64,000 nt of DNA, taken from positions 264,124 through 328,123 of the forward strand of contig JAGYNB010000001.1 of NCBI GenBank assembly GCA_018400015.1. The letters are read 5' to 3'. The notes beneath the pieces were generated by a model. That model made no database searches and was not told the origin of the DNA. It worked only from the letters and a program-made list of their open reading frames with translations. Within the stretch, counting starts at the first letter, position 1. Every line of letters starts with the position of its first letter. This DNA is from Candidatus Omnitrophota bacterium. Lineage in GTDB: Bacteria > Omnitrophota > Gorgyraeia > Gygaellales > Gygaellaceae. The position numbers were made by a program, and so were the translations under genes. Positions 55,944 through 64,000 of this stretch are shown here, piece after piece.

Positions 55944-57479
55944 TTAAAGAAGCGGAAGATATTTTTTGATTTCGTGTTGGGTAATTTGGATTCTGTATTC
56001 TTCCCACTCCTTCCTTTTGTTAAACAGGAACCTGTTAAATATATGGTTTCCCAGAGTTTCTTTTACGAATTGGCTGTTTTCGGTCTCTAATATTGCCTCA
56101 AACAGGTTCCCCGGCAAAGATGTAAGGCCGCGTTTTTCTCGTTCTTCCATGGCCATGTGGTATATATTTGGTTCTACCGGATCGGGAAGAGGGTATTTTT
56201 TTTCGATTCCTTCTAAACCTGCAGTGAGCATTACAGCAAACGCAAGATATGGATTGCATGCCGGGTCAGGGCAGCGCAATTCTGCGCGTGTTGCTTTTTC
56301 ATTACCAGGTCTATACATCGGTACTCGTATGAGCGTGGTTCTGTTTTTCTGCGCCCAGGAAGCGTATACAGGGGCTTCGTATCCTGAGACAAGCCTTTTA
56401 TATGAGTTTACCCACTGTGCAGTTAGAGAACATATTTCCCTGGCGTGTTTTAGCTGTCCGGAAATAAAATATTTGGCAATGCTTGATAAATGATGTCTGT
56501 CTTTTTTATCATAAAATGCGTTTTTGTCTTTATTGAACAATGATTGATGTATATGCATTCCAGAGCCGTTAAAACCGAATAAAGGCTTTGGCATAAAAGT
56601 AGCGTATACGCCGTTTTGTTGGGCGATTTCTTTTATGACGTACTTACAGGTGATTACGTTATCTGCAGCTTTTAAAGCGCTGGTGTATTTGGGGTCTATT
56701 TCGTGCTGGCTGGGCGCTACTTCATGGTGCGTAGCTTCCATAGTAATACCCATTTCTTCAAGAGTTCTTACAGTTTTATTTCTTAATGTGTTAGCTAAAT
56801 CATTAGGTATTAATTCGAAATACGACCCTTCGTCGATTATTTCAGGATTTTTCTCTGATTTAAAATAAAAGTATTCTATTTCCGCTCCGATCATAAAATC
56901 AAACCCGATTTTTTTAGCTCTTGCAAGGGCTCTTTTGAGAACATGCCTTGGGTCTCCTGCGTAAGGGGTTCCGTTCGTGGTGAGTATATCGCAGAACATC
57001 CTGGCAACAGGGTAATCTTTTGTTGTCCAGGGTAGTATTTTAAAAGTTGATGGGTCTGGAAGAGCAATGATATCGCTTTCTTCAGCCTCGGCAAAACCGG
57101 TGACAGAGGAGCCGTCAAAACCTTTGCCGTGTTCAAGAGCATCTTTTAACTCTCCCTTAGTGATAGAGACGCATTTTAAGATGCCCAGGATATCTACAAA
57201 CCAAAGCTGTATTGTTCTTATATCGTTTTGGTCAACTATTCTTAGAATTTCTTTAATCGAGGTTTTGTCTGAGGTGGTTGGTAAAGATGAAAAATTTGAT
57301 TGTTTATATGTGACAGTATTAAATCCTTTTTGGTTTTCGATTTCCTCCAAGGCAATAATGTATTGTTTACCTACTTTTTCTGCCTTTAATGATCCGTGGT
57401 TTATGCGTTCTATCACGGCCTGTCTTGAGATCTTAAGTACTTTGGCAGCTTCTGTAGGGCTTAAAAAATCCTTTTTCAT
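55944..57479 (-). CDS. glnA: Glutamine synthetase type I with N-terminal excisionase/MerR-like HTH DNA-binding domain
   Basis: GS motifs GFDGSS, KPLFGFNGSGMHIHQSL, NPYLAFAVMLTAGL; N-terminal ~65 aa LSPTEAAKVLKISRQAVIERI is an HTH_17-like domain. ATG at 57479 has a perfect RBS aaggagg; the tracked ORF extends to a TTG at 57497. Confidence 0.8.
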   Translation of the reverse strand: MKKDFLSPTEAAKVLKISRQAVIERINHGSLKAEKVGKQYIIALEEIENQKGFNTVTYKQSNFSSLPTTSDKTSIKEILRIVDQNDIRTIQLWFVDILGILKCVSITKGELKDALEHGKGFDGSSVTGFAEAEESDIIALPDPSTFKILPWTTKDYPVARMFCDILTTNGTPYAGDPRHVLKRALARAKKIGFDFMIGAEIEYFYFKSEKNPEIIDEGSYFELIPNDLANTLRNKTVRTLEEMGITMEATHHEVAPSQHEIDPKYTSALKAADNVITCKYVIKEIAQQNGVYATFMPKPLFGFNGSGMHIHQSLFNKDKNAFYDKKDRHHLSSIAKYFISGQLKHAREICSLTAQWVNSYKRLVSGYEAPVYASWAQKNRTTLIRVPMYRPGNEKATRAELRCPDPACNPYLAFAVMLTAGLEGIEKKYPLPDPVEPNIYHMAMEEREKRGLTSLPGNLFEAILETENSQFVKETLGNHIFNRFLFNKRKEWEEYRIQITQHEIKKYLPLL

Positions 57480-57490
57480 AGTTACCTCCT

Positions 57491-57555
57491 TTGACAATTG
57501 TTATGTTACTTTACGATTGACAAATGAATTATAACATATGATTTACGTTTGTCAA
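57491..57555. promoter_or_regulatory. Repeated TTGACAA half-sites / inverted repeat in the glnA-crtI divergent intergenic region
   Basis: TTGACAA at 57491-57497 and 57517-57523; inverted partner TTTGTCAA at 57548-57555 (TTGACAAA-n23-TTTGTCAA). Confidence 0.35.
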
Positions 57556-57651
57556 GTAGTTTTTATATTATTTTTGCTGTTATATTCAATTGAAAAAAAC
57601 CCTTGTTTGTATATATTTTTGGCAATAGAATAGTAATAACAGGAGGTTGCT

Positions 57652-59091
57652 ATGGCTGGTAAAATTATAGTTGTTGGTGCAGGAATTGGCGGTTTGGCTA
57701 CAGCAGCAAGATTATCAAGCAAGGGGTATGATGTTGAAGTGTTTGAGAAACTTCCTGTATGTGGAGGCAGAAACAATATAATAGAAGATAGAGGTTTTAA
57801 GTTTGATACAGGGCCTTCGTTTGTTTTGATGCCGGATTTTTTCGAAGAATTGTTTACATATTGCAATAAAGATATCAAAGATTATTTGGATTTAAAGGTA
57901 TTGGACCCAAGCTACAAGATTTTTTATCCGGATTCAGATGTTTTAACTGTTTTTAAAGATAGCGATAAAACCAAAGAGGAGCTGGAAAGAATAGAAAAGG
58001 GCGCTGCAAAAGGCTTTGATGGCTTTATCCGCGAGACCACCCGGCTTTATAATATAACTAGACCTTTATTGTACAAGTGCTTTTCTAAAAAAACCCTTTT
58101 TGACGTTAGATACCTACCGTTATTATTTAAGCTTAATCCTTTAAAAAGTTACTGGGATATTGCCAAGAAGTTTTTTAAAAGCGAGAAACTGCTTTATGCA
58201 TTTACTTTTGAGGCGATGTTTATGGGGGTTTCTCCTTTTAATGCTCCGGGTTTTTATAGTATTATCAGCTATGCCGACCATGTGCAAAAAATCTTTCATC
58301 CTATGGGCGGGATGTATGAAATACCCAAAAGCCTTGAGAAGATTTGTTTAGAAAACGGTGTGAAGATTCACTATAATTCACCGGTTAGTAAAATAAATAA
58401 GATCAACCGCAAGCTAAGCATTTCAACAGATACTATGATTACTGAAGCAGATAAAGTTGTTGTAAACGCCGATTATTCTTATACTCAGGAAAGTCTTTTA
58501 AAAAGAAAACTGCCTGATTATAAATATAGCTGCAGCGTATATCTGATTTATTTGGGTTTAAAGAAGAAATTAGGTCCTTTAGCGCATCATAATCTGTTTT
58601 TTTCTTCAAATCTTATAAAGAACCTGGATGAGATCTTTTCCTTAAAGAATGTTCCTGGCGATCCGTCTTTTTATATTCATGTGCCTACGGTTACAGATTC
58701 CAGTTTGGCTCCGGAAGGCAAGGAGATACTATATTTATTGATTCCCGTGCCTAATCTGGATAATCCAAAAGAAGATTTTTACTCAAAAGAGATTTATTTA
58801 AGGAATATTGTGTTTAATAAGATAAATAAAACCCTTGATATAAATCTGGAAGATTTAATTGAAGTCGAGCATAGGTTTTACCCCAAGGATTTCATCGGAA
58901 AATACAATATCAAATTTGGTGCAACCTTTGGTCTGGCCCATAATCTTATGCAGAGTGCTTTTTTTAGGCCTGTAAATTTCGACAATAAGTTCAGGAATCT
59001 TTATTTTGTAGGTGCAAGTACCCAGCCAGGTGGTGGATTGCCGGTTGTTATAGCAGCATCGAGAATAGTGGCAGATTTGATAACTCTTTAA
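57652..59091 (+). CDS. crtI: Phytoene desaturase-family FAD-dependent oxidoreductase (CrtI/CrtN-like)
   Basis: 479 aa; VVGAGIGGLATAARL...FEK..V.GGR Rossmann; C-terminal FVGASTQPGGGLPVV motif of the CrtI family. Confidence 0.75.
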   Translation: MAGKIIVVGAGIGGLATAARLSSKGYDVEVFEKLPVCGGRNNIIEDRGFKFDTGPSFVLMPDFFEELFTYCNKDIKDYLDLKVLDPSYKIFYPDSDVLTVFKDSDKTKEELERIEKGAAKGFDGFIRETTRLYNITRPLLYKCFSKKTLFDVRYLPLLFKLNPLKSYWDIAKKFFKSEKLLYAFTFEAMFMGVSPFNAPGFYSIISYADHVQKIFHPMGGMYEIPKSLEKICLENGVKIHYNSPVSKINKINRKLSISTDTMITEADKVVVNADYSYTQESLLKRKLPDYKYSCSVYLIYLGLKKKLGPLAHHNLFFSSNLIKNLDEIFSLKNVPGDPSFYIHVPTVTDSSLAPEGKEILYLLIPVPNLDNPKEDFYSKEIYLRNIVFNKINKTLDINLEDLIEVEHRFYPKDFIGKYNIKFGATFGLAHNLMQSAFFRPVNFDNKFRNLYFVGASTQPGGGLPVVIAASRIVADLITL

Positions 59092-59936
59092 TAAAGCTTA
59101 CTTAATTTTCTAATGTATTTGATCACTGCGTTAGTTGTAACATCAGGTGTAGAAGCCCCTGCAGTTACGCCAACACTTTTTACATTTTTAAGCCACTCTT
59201 TTTTAATATCAGTAGGTTTATTAACCCAGTAACTGTTTTTATTAAGTTCACGTGAGATTTGATAAAGCCTTTTTGTATTGGCGCTGTGTTTAGATCCGAT
59301 AATGATCATCACATCGTTTTCTAACGGGAGTTTCTTTATTTCTTTTTGTTTGAGCCTGGTAGGGTTACAGATGGTGTTAAAAAACATAAGGTGTTTTATG
59401 ACTTTTTTTAAATTATTTGAAACTCGCATCACCTTATTGTAATTTTGCGTAGATTGAACGACAACAGCTGCTTTTTTTACTTTTTTCAATGTTTTTAAAG
59501 GCAGTTTATGTTTTGTATCAATTAAAATAGCTTTTTTATCCAGCTGTCCAAGGATACCCAGGACCTCATCGTGTTTTTTGTCCCCGATAACTATTATCTT
59601 ATAACCTTTCTTTTCCATGGTCACAGCTATGTTATGGATTTCTTTTACCATGGGACAGGTGGCGTCTACAATGTTATATCCTAATTTATTAGCAGAGTTT
59701 ATTGTTTGTTTCCCTACCCCGTGTGCCCTGACAAGTAAGAGTTTATTTGTGCCCTTTTTTAGCTTAGTGACTTTTTTGATTCCGATTTTACTGATTTGTT
59801 TTACAACATCTTCGTTGTGTACGATATCTCCGAGCATCTCTACATTAAGGTGGGGTTTTTTGGTTTCATGGGCAATTTTTAAAGCGCGTTTTACCCCGAA
59901 GCAAAAACCAGCTGATTTTGCAAGATTGATTTTCAT
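59088..59936 (-). CDS. ispH: 4-hydroxy-3-methylbut-2-enyl diphosphate reductase IspH (LytB)
   Basis: 282 aa; MKINLAKSAGFCFGVKRAL N-terminus with the first cluster Cys; later Cys ligands (ATCPMV, NTICNPT). Confidence 0.85.
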   Translation of the reverse strand: MKINLAKSAGFCFGVKRALKIAHETKKPHLNVEMLGDIVHNEDVVKQISKIGIKKVTKLKKGTNKLLLVRAHGVGKQTINSANKLGYNIVDATCPMVKEIHNIAVTMEKKGYKIIVIGDKKHDEVLGILGQLDKKAILIDTKHKLPLKTLKKVKKAAVVVQSTQNYNKVMRVSNNLKKVIKHLMFFNTICNPTRLKQKEIKKLPLENDVMIIIGSKHSANTKRLYQISRELNKNSYWVNKPTDIKKEWLKNVKSVGVTAGASTPDVTTNAVIKYIRKLSKLY

Positions 59937-60814
59937 GATAGGTTCCTTAAGATATGCTTTAATAGGGTCATTATTTTTTTTATATTACTGACGTATATTC
60001 TTTTTGAGAATACATCATAACCTTTTTTTTCTATTTCTTCAAGAATAAGGGAGTAGATTTCACTCATTAAGGCAACCAACATTCGGAACTGTTTTTGTTT
60101 TATAAGCGCTATGCCTTGTTTTGAATGGAAGTAATAGCTTTTTGCTCTTTTAACCTGCATTTTTAATAGGTCTATAAAATCGTTATTTAAAGTGGAATCT
60201 TTGATATCATTTTCGCATAAATTGTATTGTTTTAATTCGTCAAGCGGCAGGTATATTCTGTTTCTGAAGTAATCTTCTTTTATGTCCCTGATTATATTGG
60301 TTAGTTGCATGGCAATTCCAAGCTCAATTGCGTGTTTTTGGGCGTCTTCATTATCTATGCCGATTATTTTAAGCAGCATAAGCCCGATTACCCCAGCAAC
60401 TTTATAGCAGTAGCTGTAAAGTTCGTTAAAATTACTGTACCTATTTTTATCTAGGTCTATCTCCATTCCTGAGATGAGTTCAATGAAGTATTCTTTTGGT
60501 ATGGAATATTTATTGGTAATGTGTCTGAGTGCCAGAAATAGATTCTCCTTGATTGGCTGGCTGCTATAAGAGATATTTATTTTAGATTTAATGTTATTTA
60601 GCTTATTCGCGGCGTTTACAGGGGTTAAATCAACGGCTTCATCAATGAGTCTACATACTGCATAAATACAGTAACAGGCAATTCTTTTTTCTTTGTTTAA
60701 TACCTTAGAGGCAAAGTAGAATGTCTTGGCGTGTTTTTTGGTTATGTATTGTGCCTTTTTAAAACCTGCCTCAAGTGAGTTTTCGGGTTTACGAATCATG
60801 AAAGTATTGTACAA
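59933..60814 (-). CDS. crtB: Phytoene/squalene synthase-family enzyme (CrtB-like)
   Basis: 293 aa; YCYKVAGVIGLM and GIAMQLTNIIRDIKED...RIYLP trans-isoprenyl diphosphate synthase head-to-head motifs. Confidence 0.75.
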   Translation of the reverse strand: MYNTFMIRKPENSLEAGFKKAQYITKKHAKTFYFASKVLNKEKRIACYCIYAVCRLIDEAVDLTPVNAANKLNNIKSKINISYSSQPIKENLFLALRHITNKYSIPKEYFIELISGMEIDLDKNRYSNFNELYSYCYKVAGVIGLMLLKIIGIDNEDAQKHAIELGIAMQLTNIIRDIKEDYFRNRIYLPLDELKQYNLCENDIKDSTLNNDFIDLLKMQVKRAKSYYFHSKQGIALIKQKQFRMLVALMSEIYSLILEEIEKKGYDVFSKRIYVSNIKKIMTLLKHILRNLS

Positions 60815-60845
60815 CTAACTTTGGTTTATTCCAAGAAGGATTTGA

Positions 60846-61190
60846 TTGTATTGTTTTTGGCTTTGCAGTAAAATAGTAGTAATGTCAGATTATATGCTTG
60901 TTTTACTATTATCGGTTTCGGTTCCTTTGGTGCTTAGTTTCTATCCAAAACTTAGATTCTACCAGAATACAAGAGCACTTTTTCTAAGTATAGGCTGTAT
61001 TTTACTTATTTTCGGCTCTTGGGATGTGTTTGCTACCTGGCGCGGGCACTGGTTTTTTAATCCAGAGAAAATTTTTGGTGTCCATGTAATTAATCTTCCC
61101 TTGGAAGAGGTTTTGTTTTTTATCGTGATTCCGTTTTGCTGTATTTTTACCTGGGAAGCCCTTAAGTTCATAAGAAAACGCATAAAATGA
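60846..61190 (+). CDS. Lycopene cyclase domain protein (CrtYc/CrtYe-like half)
   Basis: 114 aa, 3 TM; conserved INLPLEEVLFF (hPhEE) motif of heterodimeric carotenoid cyclases. Confidence 0.65.
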   Translation: MYCFWLCSKIVVMSDYMLVLLLSVSVPLVLSFYPKLRFYQNTRALFLSIGCILLIFGSWDVFATWRGHWFFNPEKIFGVHVINLPLEEVLFFIVIPFCCIFTWEALKFIRKRIK

Positions 61191-61477
61191 AAGAGTATAC
61201 TATCCTTGCGGCAATTTCTGTTATCGTAACCTGCTATATGGATAAAAAGCTGGATACGAAACTGCTTAAAAACGGACTTTTTTATCTGTTTATAGTTATT
61301 ATTTTCGGTTTTAAGCTGCTTGTTAACGGCTTTCTAACCGGTGAAGGGATCGTGCTTTATAATCCAGATTTTTTTCTGGGAGTTAGAATTACAAGCATTC
61401 CCTTAGAGGATTTTTTATTCGGCTTCAGCATGGTTACAATGAATGTCATCTTTTGGGAAAAATTAAAAAAGGAATGA
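61187..61477 (+). CDS. Lycopene cyclase domain protein (CrtYd/CrtYf-like half)
   Basis: 96 aa, 3 TM; TSIPLEDFLFGF motif; overlaps the stop of the partner gene. Confidence 0.65.
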   Translation: MKEYTILAAISVIVTCYMDKKLDTKLLKNGLFYLFIVIIFGFKLLVNGFLTGEGIVLYNPDFFLGVRITSIPLEDFLFGFSMVTMNVIFWEKLKKE

Positions 61478-62340
61478 AAAAGATAATTTTTATATTAGGA
61501 CTCTTATTGTTAGTTACAGTAAATATTGTTTTTTGTTTTGATTGGCGTAGTCTGCATGAAAAGGCCACCGTAAACGATTTAAAAGATCTTGATTCTGTAA
61601 AGCTGGACCCGCTTGAGAAAACCTATATACAAGCTTTAATTAATTTAAGTTTACATAATGACGTTAAAGCCAGAGATTTTTTTGAAGACATCCTTGAGAG
61701 AGATTCCAAAAACATTGCTGCCCTCTGGGGCACTGCAGAGGTGTTGCGTAGAGAGCATAAACTTGAAGAAAGCGAAAAGATTTTAAATAAAATTATAAAG
61801 ATAGATAAGGGTTTTGCGCCTGCCTATATAAGCCTTTCTTATATTCAATATATAAATTTGAATTTCGAGGATTCCGTTAGGCTCGCTGCTTATGTTATCA
61901 AACAAGGAAAAGATAAGGTTGGTACGGATAATTATGTCAGGGCTATATTGATGTTTGCAGGCGCCAAGGGGATGATTGCTCATTTTGGCGGGCCATTGTC
62001 AAAGGCAATAAATGGCATAAAAGTTTTTCCTAACTTGAAAAGGGCCGAAAAGATTCTTCCAGATGCTCCTGCGGTTTTATTCGGTTTAGGCAGTTTTTAT
62101 CTGCTTGCTCCTTCGATAATCGGCGGTGATTTGGAAAAAGCAGAGGAATACTTAAGAAAAGCCATAGAAAAAGATCCTTTATTTGTGGATCCATACGTCC
62201 GGCTTGCTCAAGTATATAGATTAAATAACAAAGAGGAAGAGTTCAGCAGGGTTTTAAATAAGGCATTAGAAATCGATCCAAAAAGCGAGCTTGCTCTTGA
62301 TATAAAATCAGGAGAGTGTAATTTTATCTGTTTTAAGTAG
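61453..62340 (+). CDS. TPR-repeat protein with N-terminal signal/anchor
   Basis: 295 aa; N-terminal hydrophobic segment; multiple TPR-like A..Y..LG...A helix pairs. Confidence 0.55.
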   Translation: MGKIKKGMKKIIFILGLLLLVTVNIVFCFDWRSLHEKATVNDLKDLDSVKLDPLEKTYIQALINLSLHNDVKARDFFEDILERDSKNIAALWGTAEVLRREHKLEESEKILNKIIKIDKGFAPAYISLSYIQYINLNFEDSVRLAAYVIKQGKDKVGTDNYVRAILMFAGAKGMIAHFGGPLSKAINGIKVFPNLKRAEKILPDAPAVLFGLGSFYLLAPSIIGGDLEKAEEYLRKAIEKDPLFVDPYVRLAQVYRLNNKEEEFSRVLNKALEIDPKSELALDIKSGECNFICFK

Positions 62341-63414
62341 TTAGTTGAGGATTTTATTGGTCAGGTCTTTAAGAATCTTTTTATAGCGTTTATCCATTCT
62401 TGATTTGTTAAGGAAGGTTTCCACCTTAGTATTTAATTTCACAATTTCTCTTTTTGCGTAAGCCAAAGATCCGCTTTGTATCAACAGTTTTCGCATCTGC
62501 AGAAGGTCTGATTTCTTTACCTTATTTTTATTCAATATTTTTTTAATAATCTGTTTATTTTTGCTGGATATGTTATAGGCGTGCCAAATAAGCAGGGTTT
62601 TTTTTGCTTCTTGAAGATCTGTCAAAGATGATTTGCCGCTTTGTTTTTGTTCGGTGAACATTCCGATTATATCATCTTTTATCTGAAACGCCCTCCCGAG
62701 ATTCAAGCCAATTTTAAATACTTTATTTATTTCTGATTTATTTGCCCCAGCAAGTATTGCTCCTGTTGCCAAAGGTGCGGCAAAGGTATATATGGCTGTT
62801 TTTAAGTCGTATATTTTATATATTTTTTCTTTTTTAATCTTTTCTAAATTCTGAGTGCCGTAAAGAAGTTCAATAAACTCCCCGCTGCCTGTGAATATTG
62901 CAGCTTCTATGAATTTTTTCAACGCCCTTTCTTTTAAGGAGAAATCAACTTTTACGCTTAAGAAAGCATGTATTGCAAGGGCATACATTACATCTCCTAC
63001 GACTATAGCAAGATCGCTACCTGTTGTTTTGGGCGATTTATATCGCTTGAGGTAATTATCAAGCGCTTTATGCATTGAAGGTTTGCCGCGTCTTTTATCC
63101 GACCTGTCGATTATGTCGTCATGAACAAGCATAAAGTCATGCAGGAGCTCCAAAGAAAGAGCAGATCTGTACAGACCAGAAGGGTTACTCTTAGAAAACG
63201 CTTTGAAGCCTACAATTAGAAGCAAAGGGCGGATTCGTTTTCCGGGTCGCAGAAGAAATTCCTTTATATTATTCGATAATATCGGCGAAATTTTCTTCAA
63301 TCCGCAGGTTTTATCTATATCTTTGAGGAATATTTTTAACTCTTGATTAAGTGTATTTTTTATTTTATGCAGCATTGTTTTATGATACCATATAGCTAGT
63401 TTAATCACAATCAA
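62341..63414 (-). CDS. crtE: Polyprenyl diphosphate synthase (GGPP synthase / CrtE-IspA family)
   Basis: 357 aa (true start probably the internal Met ~14 codons in); FARM LVHDDIIDRSDKRRGKPS and SARM FQIKDDIIG motifs. Confidence 0.8.
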   Translation of the reverse strand: MIVIKLAIWYHKTMLHKIKNTLNQELKIFLKDIDKTCGLKKISPILSNNIKEFLLRPGKRIRPLLLIVGFKAFSKSNPSGLYRSALSLELLHDFMLVHDDIIDRSDKRRGKPSMHKALDNYLKRYKSPKTTGSDLAIVVGDVMYALAIHAFLSVKVDFSLKERALKKFIEAAIFTGSGEFIELLYGTQNLEKIKKEKIYKIYDLKTAIYTFAAPLATGAILAGANKSEINKVFKIGLNLGRAFQIKDDIIGMFTEQKQSGKSSLTDLQEAKKTLLIWHAYNISSKNKQIIKKILNKNKVKKSDLLQMRKLLIQSGSLAYAKREIVKLNTKVETFLNKSRMDKRYKKILKDLTNKILN

Positions 63415-63437
63415 ATTTACTTAGTTTAACTAAACTA

Positions 63438-64000
63438 TGAATTTACTCAGGGCATTAAGAATCGAGTTTTTAAGCGTGAGTATTCTGCCGTTTATTTTCG
63501 GCAGTCTAGTCGATATAAGCAGTTTTAAGATCTTAACGTTCTGTTTAGGTATGATTTGTGTTATTTTTATGCATCTAAGCGCTAACTTGATTAACGATTA
63601 TGCAGATTCTTGCTATGGAGCGGATAATATCGATAAGAGGTTTTATAAACTTTTCGGCGGGTCAAAACTTATACAGGAGGGCGTTTACTCGAAACTGTTT
63701 TTCCTAAGACTGTCAATTGGCCTTGCTTTAGTTAGTTTTATAATGGCGATTAGCTTATCTATTTTGGTAAAAAGTTTTATTCCCGTAGTTTCTTTTCTGG
63801 TTATAGTTTTTCTCGGTTGGTCTTATTCTGTAGGTTTTTTTCGCTTTGTTTACAGGAGAACGGGAGAGCTTATTATATTTACTCTTTTTGGCCCGGCAAT
63901 AGTAATGGGAGCTTTCTTTTTACAGACAGGAGTATTCCCTAGTTTTAAGGCGTTTATATTATCAATACCTTTTGGTTTTTTAACAACATCGATTTTATTT
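63438..64000 (+). CDS. UbiA-family prenyltransferase (N-terminal part; runs off window)
   Basis: Polytopic; NDYADSCYGADNIDKR is the UbiA Asp-rich prenyl-diphosphate binding motif (NDxxDxxxD-like). Position after crtE suggests a carotenoid elongase/prenyltransferase. Confidence 0.6.

Noticed and set aside
55966-57534. Plus-strand ORFs of 175 aa (55966-56493) and 155 aa (57067-57534) and a minus-strand 83-aa ORF (56891-57142)
   Set aside because: All lie inside or antisense to the strongly supported glnA gene, whose GS motifs read cleanly on the minus strand. No independent coding signal.
57480-57560. GlnR/TnrA box (TGTNA-n7-TNACA) in the glnA upstream region
   Set aside because: Closest candidates (e.g. 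TGTTA-ctttacg-ATTGA) do not satisfy the consensus. Only the TTGACAA repeat arrangement is reported.
62341-63414. N-terminal extension of the polyprenyl synthase ORF (MIVIKLAIWYHKT...)
   Set aside because: The first ~14 codons run into the divergent promoter region. The internal Met (MLHKIKN) is the more plausible start. Kept as one feature with a note rather than calling a longer protein.
1-64000. CRISPR arrays, rRNA/tRNA genes, IS elements / integrases
   Set aside because: No tandem direct-repeat arrays seen. Intergenic regions are all short (<170 nt) and none folds into an obvious tRNA cloverleaf. No transposase, integrase or recombinase-like ORFs. None reported.

Overview
The window is 64 kb from an AT-rich (roughly 35-38% GC by eye) bacterial chromosome. 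Gene content points to a strict or aerotolerant anaerobe: superoxide reductase, rubrerythrin-like proteins, NifB/NifX-like and MinD-ferredoxin proteins, IspH, and many radical SAM (rSAM) enzymes. I cannot assign a taxon from sequence alone, but the style resembles uncultivated anaerobes such as candidate phyla. I see no rRNA, tRNA, CRISPR array, transposase or integrase.

Gene order:
- 35-7212: two tandem cspA-family genes, a B12-binding rSAM, GNAT + CE4 deacetylase, a stand-alone IlvD/EDD dehydratase, and a Na/Pi cotransporter + PhoU-like gene.
- 7297-10701: a multi-PAS histidine kinase and CheY-like receiver.
- 10804-16580: a Fur-headed cluster (DUF5320, 2x NifB/NifX-like, 2x MinD/Mrp-ferredoxin ATPases), then rSAM + DUF89 + MBL hydrolase.
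- 16641-22566: LysM-amidase lipoprotein, CBS protein, SLC13-like permease, EIIA-Ntr, ManC, RlmN, DUF2934.
- 22691-47010: a ~24 kb co-directional glycan locus (Wzy_C ligase-like, Glf-like, Wzm/Wzt ABC exporter, five GTs, WecA-like initiating transferase). It carries an extraordinary insert of radical SAM enzymes at 27977-40571.
- 47053-55869: second SLC13-like permease, Rrf2-NifU-SufC-SufBD, an oxidative-stress island, and LDH.
- 55944-57479 (-): a glutamine synthetase with an N-terminal excisionase-type HTH.
- 57652-64000: a carotenoid-like cluster (CrtI, CrtB, split lycopene-cyclase pair, GGPP synthase, UbiA prenyltransferase) with ispH embedded.

The rSAM insert holds three B12-binding rSAMs, a 1440-aa protein with three tandem rSAM-SPASM modules, an SPASM-rSAM::B12-rSAM fusion, and a degenerate rSAM-like protein. 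A ~120-aa domain that recurs in the C-terminal extension of the Wzt ATPase reappears in two of these radical-SAM-type proteins. I infer a previously undescribed system in which radical SAM enzymes are targeted to, and heavily modify, an ABC-exported polysaccharide.
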